From Cyanobacteria bacterium P01_D01_bin.156 (GTDB taxonomy: Bacteria; Cyanobacteriota; Cyanobacteriia; Phormidesmidales; Phormidesmidaceae): a DNA stretch of 64,000 nucleotides. Below, in pieces: positions 41,084 through 51,495 of this stretch. Every line of letters starts with the position of its first letter. The stretch's first letter is position 1. The notes under the pieces were generated by a model. The model saw only the letters and a program-made list of their open reading frames with translations. It made no database searches and was not told where the DNA came from. Location: assembly GCA_039024555.1 (NCBI GenBank), contig JBCCQQ010000003.1:128001-192000 (forward strand), in the 5' to 3' direction. The position numbers and the translations under genes were made by a program.

Positions 41084-42394
41084 TTATTGGTAAATGAATA
41101 CTCTTTTAGCTGCTCTTGTAAAGGCAACGTAGCATAGTTGGTTTCGTTCAATCACCTTAGAGTTTCTCGTCAAATCGGGCAGATCAATAAATACATCCTG
41201 AAACGTAGAGCCTTGGCTTTTATGAACAGTCAAGCTGTAGGCATAGTTAACATCATGAAACTGTTGTCGGAACTCCCAAAAGATCTCCCATTGTTTATTG
41301 CTTGCATAGTCCCGTGAGCGTCTTTCATAGTCAGGCACACTCACTTCTTGCAAAACATTTAAATCCTGAAATTTTCCCTCTTCCGTATAGACAACTAACT
41401 GCCACACAGGTAACCCTTCAATTTTCCCAGGTTTAATTTCCAACACTTCACACTCTTCTGAAGTCTGTAAAATAATAGAACCCTCTTCTAAACAGGGATT
41501 GTTAGCAATCAACCTTTCGCCAATAACAAATTGTTCTAAGTCTTCTCCATAAATGGCACGGCGAATCACTCGATTGAGAGTTTTAACTCGCTGATTGGTA
41601 TAGGCTAAGACCCTGACATAGTTAGGGTCAGCCTTATATTTTTCACAGGTAAATGCACGAACGAGAACATCACGCCAGCCATCCTTAGGTAGAACAAAAA
41701 AGCCTTCTGTACGATCTTCACTCATATCACTTTCATATCTAGGTAGTTGTTGCCTCTCGATATTGCGACGGATATCGTCTGCAATCACTCCAATCGCTCC
41801 ACCATAGCGAATCACCTGGGATAGGGAAGACTGATGCATAATCTGACCAAAACAGCAGGATTCTGTTTCGTTAACCGGTGGCAGTTGGGCTGGATCGCCA
41901 ACAAACAACATTTGAGTAGGAATATCCAGCCGAGAAATAGCTTCCACCAGAAGCTTCCACATTTCTTGGTTGATCATTGAACATTCATCAACAATCACTA
42001 AGCGATAGTCAGGTACCTGGTTATGCTGATCGCTGACAGATTTAAAGATTTGCTCGCCACTACCAGTATCGATCACCGGCTTAAGACCCAGTAAACGGCA
42101 ACAGGTAACGGACTCTACATCCTTAATATTCCACTGGGCAGACATGGTTTTGAGCACCTTGGTTGCCTTGTTACTAAAGGCTGTTAGCACAATGGGCCAG
42201 TCACAACCTTGATCCCGCAGGTAGGTGACTAATGCCTGCAGCAGCGTGGTTTTGCCAGTACCTGCATAGCCAGTGAGTAAATATAGCTTAGATGGAGTTT
42301 GTAAAAATTCAACAATAGCCTGCAGTGCCTCCCACTGCTCTGTACTGAGTTCAATCCCTGGCAGTATTTCTGGAATCGTGGCCGTGCTATCCAT
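41084..42394 (-). CDS. SF1B (RecD/Dda-like) helicase
   Basis: GYAGTGKT, VDECSM, GDPAQLPPV, TVHKSQGST, YVAFTRA. Confidence 0.92.
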   Translation of the reverse strand: MDSTATIPEILPGIELSTEQWEALQAIVEFLQTPSKLYLLTGYAGTGKTTLLQALVTYLRDQGCDWPIVLTAFSNKATKVLKTMSAQWNIKDVESVTCCRLLGLKPVIDTGSGEQIFKSVSDQHNQVPDYRLVIVDECSMINQEMWKLLVEAISRLDIPTQMLFVGDPAQLPPVNETESCCFGQIMHQSSLSQVIRYGGAIGVIADDIRRNIERQQLPRYESDMSEDRTEGFFVLPKDGWRDVLVRAFTCEKYKADPNYVRVLAYTNQRVKTLNRVIRRAIYGEDLEQFVIGERLIANNPCLEEGSIILQTSEECEVLEIKPGKIEGLPVWQLVVYTEEGKFQDLNVLQEVSVPDYERRSRDYASNKQWEIFWEFRQQFHDVNYAYSLTVHKSQGSTFQDVFIDLPDLTRNSKVIERNQLCYVAFTRAAKRVFIYQ

Positions 42395-42758
42395 CCGAAC
42401 GAGGCATCAGGGGGTACGCTTTCTATCATATCTAAGGCCGTTGAATTAATACAAGTGAACTAAAGAGTTATATTGGTTTAGTTCATTTATCCTAAGGCTG
42501 AGTTTTGCCAGACCACGAACCCTGGCAGACCTACAGCATGGATAGTCACTCCCCATAGAGTCATGCCGACTTTACAGTGGCGTAAGCAATAGCATAGGCA
42601 AAGCCGAAAAAATTAAAAACGCCTTGCCATTCTCGGCATGATTACGTGCCTATTTCTCCGCAAATTTTTGTACGAGACTGTAAAAAAACCGATGTCTACA
42701 TAAAAGCAATTTAATTATATTGGCGGAATCAAGGGGTCGCATATCAACATCTAAATGA

Positions 42759-45700
42759 ATGAATACCTTCCAAGATGCATTCATCTCCTATGGGCGAACT
42801 GATAGTAAAGCATTTGCACTTCAGCTCTATGAACGTCTAACTGATAAAGGTTTAAGCGTATGGTTTGATTTTGAAAATATCCCCCTTGGTGTAGATTTTC
42901 AAAATCAGATTGACGATGGCATTGAAAAGGCAGATAACTTTTTATTTGTTATTGCCCCACACTCTGTTAATTCTCCTTACTGCCTGAAAGAAATTCAGCT
43001 CGCCCTAAAGCGTAATAAGCGAATTATTCCACTGCTACATGTAGAGCAAATAAATCATGAAACCTGGCAACAGCGAAATCCTCAGGGAACTGATGACGAG
43101 TGGGAAGCTTATCAGGAAGAAGGGTTACATTCTAGCTTTACTAACATACACCCAGAGATTGGTAAGAGCAATTGGGTTTATTTTCGCGAAGGTATTGACG
43201 ATTTTGAGCAGGCTTTCGAGGGTCTACTAGAACTACTCAAACGTCATCAAGGGTATGTCCGTCAACATACGACACTATTGGCCCAGGCTCTAGAGTGGCA
43301 AGGCTATCAACAACAGTCATCTTATTTACTGACCGGGAATACCTGCCAACAAGCCAAAGACTGGTTACAGGCTCGGTTTAAGGAAGATCAGCCCCCCTGC
43401 CATCCAACGGATTTACATTGCGAGTACATCACCGAGAGTCTCAAACAGGCAGATAACGCCATGACTCAGGTCTTTTTGGCCTACACTCATGAAGACAAAA
43501 ACGTGATGGAGAAAATCCGGAACAGCTTACGACGAGAAGGATTTACAGTTTGGACAAATACTAGTGACATCAAAACAGGAGAAGCCTTTGAAAAGGCTAT
43601 TCAACGAGGTGTTGAACAAGCTGACAATGTACTCTATTTACTCTCGCCTGATGCTATACAGTCTAAATATTGCCAGCATGAAATCAACTATGCATCTGCT
43701 TTTAACAAACGTATTATTCCAGTATTAGTCAGCCCGACCCCAACAGAAGATATACCTGATAACCTACGGCAACTGCAGTACATTGATCTCACGGACAATC
43801 TCAAAGACGAAGATTACACGTTAGATGAAAGTCAGTTAATCCGCATTTTACTGCATAAGGCAAATTACTATAGCCAACATAAAACCTTATTAGTCAAAGC
43901 TCTCAAATGGCAACAGCAGCAAAATAACCTCAGCATATTACTTCGAGGGTATTCTCTACACCAAGCCCAAGACTGGTGGCAATCTGCAAAGAAACATTCT
44001 CAACATCCTGCAATATCAGTTCAATCAGACTTTATTGAGGCAAGTTTAGAGAAAGCTCCTCTAAACTCGTTAGATGTCTTTATTGCCTATACGCCTACGG
44101 ACACTGACTTAGCATACCAGCTCAATGATGAGCTACAGACTCAGGGTAAAACCACTTGGTTTGAACAGCATGTAATACCCTCAGATGTTGATATTCAAGA
44201 GGCGATTCGACAAGGAATCGAAATATCTGACAATATTCTCTTTTTACTATCGTCCGAATTTTCAGAACAGCAGGAATTACAGGTCGCTGTAGCGCATGCG
44301 GTCTCTCTTAATAAACGAATTGTCACGATTCAGCGTAAATCACTAGCTCAGATGACAGAGCTGCATCCAGCCTTGGCTAATGCCGATAGCTTAGTGGTCG
44401 ATGATAGGGATTTTGGAGAATCCTTTAGTCAGCTGATTCGTCTGCTGGATATGGATCGTGAACATGTACATGATCATACAAAATGGTTAAGACGGGCATT
44501 AGACTGGCAGGAGAAACAAAAAAGTACAGATTTATTGCTCCGTGGTAATGAGTTTGCAGTAGCTCAGGCATGGTTAATCGAGGCTCAAGACCAGAACAAG
44601 CGGCCTACAGCTACTGATCTTCAGAAAGACTATATTGCCCAGAGTGAAGCTGCGATCGCAGCCGAAGCACAGCAAGAGAAGCAACGTGTCTTAATGCTGA
44701 AATCATTGCTAGGAGTCGTGTCCATTGCGCTAGTATTTGCCATCGGTGCTAGTTTTATTGCTTACGGAGAGTCTAAAAAAGCGCAGAAAGCCAACTTGCT
44801 AGCGCTCGGAGGAAAATCAGAGGCATTATTCTCATCAAACCAAGTTTTTGAATCACTGTTAGAGAGTATTGGTGCAGCTGGTAAGTTAAAGTCCAAGCGT
44901 TTTCTAAGAAATGACCCTGGTGTAAACGCTAAGATTGCCACATCCTTAGCTAATGCTCTCTATTGGGTGAAGGAGAAAAATGAGCTAGAGGGACATAGAG
45001 GCGGCATTCGCAGTGTCAAGTTTAGCCCTGATGGAAACTTCCTGATTACCGCCAGCAATGATAATACCCTTAAGCTGTGGGAAAAGAATGGCAGACTTCG
45101 CTTTACCTTGGATAGCCATCAAGGTCAGGTAAGAGATGCTGCGTTCAGCCCAGATGGGCAATTAATTGCATCAGCCAGTAGCGATAAGACCGTTAAGCTA
45201 TGGCGGCAGGATGGCGTCGTCCTCAGGACACTAAAAGGACATAACAGTATTGTTTATGGTTTAAGCTTTAGCCCCGACAGTCGCATCATCGCGACAGCGG
45301 GTGGAGATCAAACTGTTAAAGTATGGAACACTCAAACAGGAGATTTAATTAGCACATTAGAAGGTCATCTAGAGCGCGTCAGAGCTGTTGAATTTAGTCC
45401 TGACGGCAAGCAGATAGCATCAACAAGTAGCGATCGCACCATCAAAATTTGGCACCTAGATGGTACTGAAGTTGCTAGTTTTTCTGGGCATACAGCTGAC
45501 ATAGAAGCCCTTGCCTGGAGTCCCCATGGAAAGTGGATAGTATCTGCTAGCGAAGACGCCACCATTAAGCTATGGAGTCCTGATGGTCAGGAACTAGCTA
45601 CATTTGAAGACCACCAGGCCGGTGTAGAAGACATCGCCTTTAGTCCCAATGGCCAGTTAATTGCCTCCGCTGGTGATGACAGCACAGTACGATTATGGCG

Positions 45701-46841
45701 ACCAGATGGAACATTAGTAGATACCTTAAAAGGGCATGAAACAACCGTGACGTCAGTGGCGTTTAGCCCCGATGGCCACACCCTAGCCAGCGGCAGTTGG
45801 GATCAAAATGTTAAGCTGTGGGCATTGAGCTCCCCTAGAGCAAATGTTTTAGAAGCCCATAACTCATTAGTCCATGCTCTAGAATTTAGTCCCAACAATC
45901 GGATACTAGCTTCCGTCAGTGCAGACCTCAGCATCAAACTGTGGACCACAAAAGGGCAGCTTCGCACAACATTTGAAAAGGCACATGCCGACAGCATTCT
46001 AGATGTGAGTTTTAGTCCCGACGGTCGCACATTGGCAACCGCAAGTCGAGATCGCACCGTAAAACTTTGGCATCTAAAAAAAGGCATTCGCCAGCGCACT
46101 ATTACAGCCCACCGCAGCACTGTTCACAGTGTAAGCTTTAGCCCCAACGGTAAAACGCTGGCAACAGGTGGAGGAGATCATATGGTCAAACTGTGGAACC
46201 ATCAAGATGGCACGCTCAAAGAAACCTTTGCTGGCCATAACAATACTGTTTACGCAGTGGCCTGGCATCCCGAAAGTTCACTCTTAGCCAGTGCCAGCGC
46301 AGACAATACCATTCGAATCTGGAACCAGCACGGCATCGCCATACCACCTCTGCGGAGTCATCAAGGCAGTGTTTATAGCGTTGCTTGGAATCCTAATGGT
46401 ACTCTACTGGCTAGCGGCAGCGCTGATCACACAGTCAAGCTGTGGGATCAGCATGGAGTTCTACAACATACATTACAGGGACATACCGACAAAGTCTTAA
46501 ATGTTCGCTTCTCTCCCAATGGCAACACGTTAATATCTTCAGGGGCGGACAACACTATCAAAATCTGGCAATTAGATGGTACAGCAGTAGCAACGCTCAA
46601 AGGCCACAAAGATCAGGTGAGCGGACTGAACTTTCAGCCTAACGGCAACCTCTTAGCATCTGCCGATTACGACCACAGCATTATCTTTTGGGACTGGCAG
46701 TTGCTGAGTTCTCCTCTGTTAGACAATCTTCTAATCGAAGGCTGCACATGGGTTAAGGATCACTTAAATCGGCAGCCTAAAAAGCTCTCAGACCCTAATA
46801 ATAACTCTTCTCTCCAAACATTATGTCAGCCCCAGCCGTAG
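42759..46841 (+). CDS. Three TIR domains + TM helix + 14 WD40 repeats
   Basis: AFISY, VFLAY and VFIAY TIR starts; TM LLGVVSIALVFAIGASFIAY; 14 H...FSPDG...D..VKLW repeats. Confidence 0.92.
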   Translation: MNTFQDAFISYGRTDSKAFALQLYERLTDKGLSVWFDFENIPLGVDFQNQIDDGIEKADNFLFVIAPHSVNSPYCLKEIQLALKRNKRIIPLLHVEQINHETWQQRNPQGTDDEWEAYQEEGLHSSFTNIHPEIGKSNWVYFREGIDDFEQAFEGLLELLKRHQGYVRQHTTLLAQALEWQGYQQQSSYLLTGNTCQQAKDWLQARFKEDQPPCHPTDLHCEYITESLKQADNAMTQVFLAYTHEDKNVMEKIRNSLRREGFTVWTNTSDIKTGEAFEKAIQRGVEQADNVLYLLSPDAIQSKYCQHEINYASAFNKRIIPVLVSPTPTEDIPDNLRQLQYIDLTDNLKDEDYTLDESQLIRILLHKANYYSQHKTLLVKALKWQQQQNNLSILLRGYSLHQAQDWWQSAKKHSQHPAISVQSDFIEASLEKAPLNSLDVFIAYTPTDTDLAYQLNDELQTQGKTTWFEQHVIPSDVDIQEAIRQGIEISDNILFLLSSEFSEQQELQVAVAHAVSLNKRIVTIQRKSLAQMTELHPALANADSLVVDDRDFGESFSQLIRLLDMDREHVHDHTKWLRRALDWQEKQKSTDLLLRGNEFAVAQAWLIEAQDQNKRPTATDLQKDYIAQSEAAIAAEAQQEKQRVLMLKSLLGVVSIALVFAIGASFIAYGESKKAQKANLLALGGKSEALFSSNQVFESLLESIGAAGKLKSKRFLRNDPGVNAKIATSLANALYWVKEKNELEGHRGGIRSVKFSPDGNFLITASNDNTLKLWEKNGRLRFTLDSHQGQVRDAAFSPDGQLIASASSDKTVKLWRQDGVVLRTLKGHNSIVYGLSFSPDSRIIATAGGDQTVKVWNTQTGDLISTLEGHLERVRAVEFSPDGKQIASTSSDRTIKIWHLDGTEVASFSGHTADIEALAWSPHGKWIVSASEDATIKLWSPDGQELATFEDHQAGVEDIAFSPNGQLIASAGDDSTVRLWRPDGTLVDTLKGHETTVTSVAFSPDGHTLASGSWDQNVKLWALSSPRANVLEAHNSLVHALEFSPNNRILASVSADLSIKLWTTKGQLRTTFEKAHADSILDVSFSPDGRTLATASRDRTVKLWHLKKGIRQRTITAHRSTVHSVSFSPNGKTLATGGGDHMVKLWNHQDGTLKETFAGHNNTVYAVAWHPESSLLASASADNTIRIWNQHGIAIPPLRSHQGSVYSVAWNPNGTLLASGSADHTVKLWDQHGVLQHTLQGHTDKVLNVRFSPNGNTLISSGADNTIKIWQLDGTAVATLKGHKDQVSGLNFQPNGNLLASADYDHSIIFWDWQLLSSPLLDNLLIEGCTWVKDHLNRQPKKLSDPNNNSSLQTLCQPQP

Positions 46842-47575
46842 CAGCCATACAGTCTCGCAGTCGCCAGCGAGCAATAACCGTTGTTATCTTGTGTCTTTTT
46901 ATAGCCAGCATCACTCTGGGAGGGTGGGCTTTAGCACATACTCTGCAACGCGGCGTACGGATTCAATACGTTCAGCACGACGCAGAAATCTTAATGAACA
47001 TGGTGAACTCAGTACGAGAGTACACTAGTAGCCAAATCAGACCCGCTTTAGCTCATCAAGCTGAAGCAAAATTTTGGCCAGAGAGCGTACCTAGTTACTC
47101 GGCACAACAGGTCTTTGAACGTTTGCGCCAACAGCCCAAATATAGCCATTATTCCTATAAGGAAGCAGTGCTCAACCCAACGAGCTTAAATGACAAAGCG
47201 AATCCATTTGAAAAGCAGCTCATTGAACAGTTCCGTAACAGTGAAATCCCAAGGAACAAACAACTGAATGGTTATACAATGACCCCCAAAGGCAAGCTGT
47301 TCTACTCTGCAAAAGCGATATCCGTTTCTAAACCCAGTTGCTTACAGTGTCACAGTACTCCGGACGTGGCACCAAACTATATTGTTGAACACTACGGTAC
47401 TGCCAATGGCTTTGGCTGGCAGCTCAATGAAGTTGTTGGTGCGCAGATGCTTTATTTACCTATGAAAAGCTTACAGTATACAAACCACTCATTACTTAGC
47501 AGAGTGATGGTAGTGTTTATAGCTGTTCTAGCCTGTTGTTTATTGCTACTAAGGTTTTGGCTTAGAACTGCATAA
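46823..47575 (+). CDS. Heme-c binding membrane sensor (DUF3365/Tll0287-like)
   Basis: Two TM helices flanking YKEAVLNPT and CLQCH, GFGW. Confidence 0.85.
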   Translation: MSAPAVAAIQSRSRQRAITVVILCLFIASITLGGWALAHTLQRGVRIQYVQHDAEILMNMVNSVREYTSSQIRPALAHQAEAKFWPESVPSYSAQQVFERLRQQPKYSHYSYKEAVLNPTSLNDKANPFEKQLIEQFRNSEIPRNKQLNGYTMTPKGKLFYSAKAISVSKPSCLQCHSTPDVAPNYIVEHYGTANGFGWQLNEVVGAQMLYLPMKSLQYTNHSLLSRVMVVFIAVLACCLLLLRFWLRTA

Positions 47576-47650
47576 TCCTGACAAAGGAAGACTTCAAAAG
47601 TCTTCGATCGCATTGTAGTGATAGTCTAAGGCAGAAAGAAAGCAATATGA

Positions 47651-48523
47651 CTATTCTGTTTCACCAGGTATAAATAGAGAGTTATCAGTATTATTTTGAT
47701 TGGTTGGTTTTAAGTTAGAAATTGCCCTACGAAGGCTTTGAGTCCATTGAAGGTTACCAGCAGCGTTCAAATGCAACCCGTCACCATTATGGAACTGCTG
47801 ATCCAAACGACCATCACCATTAGTATCTAAATAATTATCATGATCAACAAAGATGACCCATTCCCGTTGTTCAACAAGTTGGTGAAGCTTTATGTTAAAG
47901 TCCATTCTCCAACCCACTGCTTCAGATAGCTGTCTGGGATTGGCTTGATCATCAACAGGAAGAACAGCTGAGGCAATCACCGGACGGTCACGAGGTAGTC
48001 TATCCAGAATGCGAGAGTAGTTTGCGATCGCCTCATCAACACTCCGATAACGCGTATCATTAGTACCGATAGCAAGTACAATACACTGTGAACGCTCAAG
48101 CACAGACATGTAAGTAGACAAGCGCTTCAACACACCTATGGTGGTGTCACCGCCAATACCATAGTTAACCGACAGTGGATGAACAGCAGAGACATTCAAT
48201 CTTTGGGTAATACTGTCACCAATGAATATCACAGCTCCATCAGGCACAATATCCACGAAACTATCATGAACATTCAGAATGGTGTAGTAATAACCTGTTA
48301 GCTCTGGTCGGTCACCCAGCCCCAGGCGATAGCTTAGACCTTCTAGAAAATCAGATTTCCAAAGAACAACTCCAAGAACAATATGAAGCAAGACAACGTA
48401 GAGAAAGAGCAAGCTTTCTTTGTAGGTCAATTTAGGCAACAATCCAGACATCTCAACAGCTCGCATAATCAATCGATAGTTGTTAAGCCCTCTAAAGCTT
48501 AGTAGAGCTTGGCGATTGCCCAT
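47651..48523 (-). CDS. SGNH/GDSL hydrolase with N-terminal TM; start uncertain
   Basis: FIGDSIT, GIGGD, GTND, DGLH. Confidence 0.88.
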   Translation of the reverse strand: MGNRQALLSFRGLNNYRLIMRAVEMSGLLPKLTYKESLLFLYVVLLHIVLGVVLWKSDFLEGLSYRLGLGDRPELTGYYYTILNVHDSFVDIVPDGAVIFIGDSITQRLNVSAVHPLSVNYGIGGDTTIGVLKRLSTYMSVLERSQCIVLAIGTNDTRYRSVDEAIANYSRILDRLPRDRPVIASAVLPVDDQANPRQLSEAVGWRMDFNIKLHQLVEQREWVIFVDHDNYLDTNGDGRLDQQFHNGDGLHLNAAGNLQWTQSLRRAISNLKPTNQNNTDNSLFIPGETE

Positions 48524-48941
48524 GCACTAAAGCAAGAATTTTTCGACCACAACCGTTGTCTTGCATCTCAATATTGTTCGATGGGTGATGCTCAGACCCA
48601 TCCCAGATGACGTGTCAATCTTACGTAGCGAGACAGATGGATACCCCTAACTCACAAACAACCTTTTGTCTGAAAACGAGACGATAGTCATAATCGCATA
48701 AAAAACATATCAACAAATGATAACAAAAATGTACGTATTTACGTAATCACAAAACACGCTATTCATGCAGTGAACAATTATCCAAAACCATAGATATAGG
48801 CAGCTTGTCACTTCTCTACTGGCTGAAAAACTCTGCCTAGAGAAGTTTTGTCAACTATGACACATGGTTTTTACGTAATTTTACTCAGCCAACCACTTGC
48901 ATCATTAAAATTAGCTTCATAAACTACACACAAGGTGTGTT

Positions 48942-49349
48942 GTGACTAAATGTAACGAAATGACGGCTAATACAGTATGGCAGTACTCTGAAGAGGGTGA
49001 GTATCACGAACAGCTGGTTGCTATTGGCCATTATTTAAAGACCATTCGTACACAAAAGGGGCTATCACTGCAGCAGGTGGCTCAGCGTACAAAAGTCCAA
49101 CCTAAGCAGCTACGAGCTATTGAAACTGGTGATTATCAAACTTTGCCAGAGGCAATTTATGTAAGGGGTTTCCTGAAACAGTATGCTCAAGCCTTAGGGC
49201 TTAATGGCGCTGATATTGCCAATCGAGTCTGTGTTGAACCGACTGACATTAATCTTAAGTGGCTGAATCGAGCCGACTTCTCCAGTCGTGGTTGCGGGAA
49301 TATCGTCAACCCAACTCATTGGTGGACTAAGTTAATTCCTTCGGTGTGA
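48942..49349 (+). CDS. Stand-alone RodZ-type HTH protein
   Basis: GLSLQQVA...LRAIETGD...LPEAIYVRGFLKQYA. Confidence 0.85.
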   Translation: MTKCNEMTANTVWQYSEEGEYHEQLVAIGHYLKTIRTQKGLSLQQVAQRTKVQPKQLRAIETGDYQTLPEAIYVRGFLKQYAQALGLNGADIANRVCVEPTDINLKWLNRADFSSRGCGNIVNPTHWWTKLIPSV

Positions 49350-51330
49350 CCTGTGCAGAGACGGATGAGATCGCATCTACAGTCTGATTATTGGGTTGAA
49401 TACTATGAGACTTTTGTTCTAGCTGCACATCAGGCGCTTCATAGATTGCCAGATCAAACCAGAACGTCGTTCCTATACCAACTTCGCTCACCAAGCACAT
49501 TTGACTATTGTGTTTGTCGATGATGTTCTTAACAATCGACAACCCTAACCCCGTACCTTCTAAGGTGTGGACTCGATTCTCGACTCGGTAAAAGCGGTCA
49601 AAGATTGCCTCTTGATCTTCAGCAGCAATACCTATCCCTGTATCCGAGATTTCAATACGCACATTGCCAGCCAAATCCGGATGTTCTACAGACAACGGAG
49701 CACGATAAGCCCGAATCGCTACACAGCCTCCAGCAGTAGAAAACTTAAGCCCATTGCCAACGAGATTGCCAAAGACCTGTAACATCAAATCGTAATTTCC
49801 TACAACTGGCGGCAATCCTTCTTCCACATCCTGAATCAGTTCAATCTCTTTATCTCTAGCATTCAGCTGATAAGTACGCAGCGTTTGTTCAATAGGTTGG
49901 TGAATATCCATCGACGTGAGTTGATAGCGACGGTTTGACTCCAATCGAGAAAGATCTAACACATCATTCACTAGCCGCGTGAGGCGATCTGTTTCATTAT
50001 TGGCAGTCTCTAAAAACTCTTGTCGTTCTCGCTCCGAAAGATCGTCACCGTACTCATAAAGCGTCTCAATGAAGGATTTAATATTGAACAGTGGTGTCCT
50101 TAACTCATGAGAGATATTACTAATAAATTGGCTTTTAGCTGCGTTCAACGCCACTTCACGAGTAATATCCTGCACAGTTAGTGCCAGCCCCTTAACAGTC
50201 TCTCCAGACTGATCTAATACAGAGTTTAGTACGACGCGAATCGTACGATTTGTAGGCTCTGTCAACGCAATCCGAAATTCTTGGCTTTCTGAAGAATCTC
50301 CTTTGGATGCTTGATACAACGGTCGAGTCATCTGTAACCGGACTTCTCCAGGTAAATGCTGTAAAACACTACCCTCCGGTGGGAGTTTAGCATCCCATCC
50401 AAAGAGTCGACTAGCCGCTGTATTTGCTAGAACAACTTCTAGATTGGCATCAATTAATATAGCGCCATCAGCAATGGTAGACACTAAGCGTTCTAGCTTT
50501 GCTTTCTCTGCCGTCAATTCTTCAATATTTTGTTCTTCATAACGCTCCAGACGCTCAGCCATATAATTGAAGCTCTGGATTAGCTCTCCTAATTCATCTC
50601 CCCCTCGAGATAGATCAATCCGCTGCTTAAAATTACCAGCAGCAATATTTTTCACACCGGTTAATAGTTCTTTAATCGGCTGAGTAATCGTCAGGGCATT
50701 AAACACGGCACCTAAGATCACCATGACCCAAATACAGACAAAGACGGCGATGGTCACATCTCTAGTCAGATGAGAAGATGCTACAACCGTCGGGTTAGGA
50801 TTGATGCCTAGGGCAAGCACTCCCAAATATTCATCATTAGACTTCAACGGCACGAATACATCGGTCACCTCTCCAGCAGGCGTTAGGTGTTGACGTACCA
50901 TAGGGAGGTCAACACTTTTGACATAGTTCTCTGGCAGTTGCATACGGCGACTCAGGGTCAGAGAATTCTGTACTGCTGTATCTGCGTAGGGAATACCAAA
51001 AAAGATATAGCCGTTTGGATTAGCGTAGAGCATATAGCGAATGCTTGAAGTGCTTTCCATAAAGCGCCTGGAAAACACAGCCAATTCCTCTAGCTGGTTA
51101 GCTTCTACTAAGGGAGCAGTATTAGAAGCTAGCAGTAATCCCAGATCACGACCAAAGCGGGTGTCATTCAATCGAGCATCCAGCTGAATTGTATTGACAG
51201 CCCAAAACGTTAGGCTGCTCATTACCAATGACACAACCAATGTGGCAGCTGCCATCAATCGTGTCTGGAGAGTAAAGTCTTTCCACCAATCTGAGATTAG
51301 TGTACGAATTTTTTCAAATAGCTCAACCAT
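49327..51330 (-). CDS. nblS: Sensor histidine kinase NblS/Hik33
   Basis: 2 TM, HAMP, PAS, SHELRTPLFNIK, RVENRVHTLEGTGLGL; adjacent to purD. Confidence 0.93.
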   Translation of the reverse strand: MVELFEKIRTLISDWWKDFTLQTRLMAAATLVVSLVMSSLTFWAVNTIQLDARLNDTRFGRDLGLLLASNTAPLVEANQLEELAVFSRRFMESTSSIRYMLYANPNGYIFFGIPYADTAVQNSLTLSRRMQLPENYVKSVDLPMVRQHLTPAGEVTDVFVPLKSNDEYLGVLALGINPNPTVVASSHLTRDVTIAVFVCIWVMVILGAVFNALTITQPIKELLTGVKNIAAGNFKQRIDLSRGGDELGELIQSFNYMAERLERYEEQNIEELTAEKAKLERLVSTIADGAILIDANLEVVLANTAASRLFGWDAKLPPEGSVLQHLPGEVRLQMTRPLYQASKGDSSESQEFRIALTEPTNRTIRVVLNSVLDQSGETVKGLALTVQDITREVALNAAKSQFISNISHELRTPLFNIKSFIETLYEYGDDLSERERQEFLETANNETDRLTRLVNDVLDLSRLESNRRYQLTSMDIHQPIEQTLRTYQLNARDKEIELIQDVEEGLPPVVGNYDLMLQVFGNLVGNGLKFSTAGGCVAIRAYRAPLSVEHPDLAGNVRIEISDTGIGIAAEDQEAIFDRFYRVENRVHTLEGTGLGLSIVKNIIDKHNSQMCLVSEVGIGTTFWFDLAIYEAPDVQLEQKSHSIQPNNQTVDAISSVSAQVTPKELT

Positions 51331-51495
51331 CCAACCTACACAAACTGCTCAACGCTATTGTGACATGAATTTTAATGGGGGAGCAGACGATACACCGTTT
51401 TGGATTTAGGGACTGTCACGAGATACAGACCTGCGCCATCGTCTAAATGAGACCGATACAACTATTCCAATGAGGCAGCCGGTATCCCGATGTGA

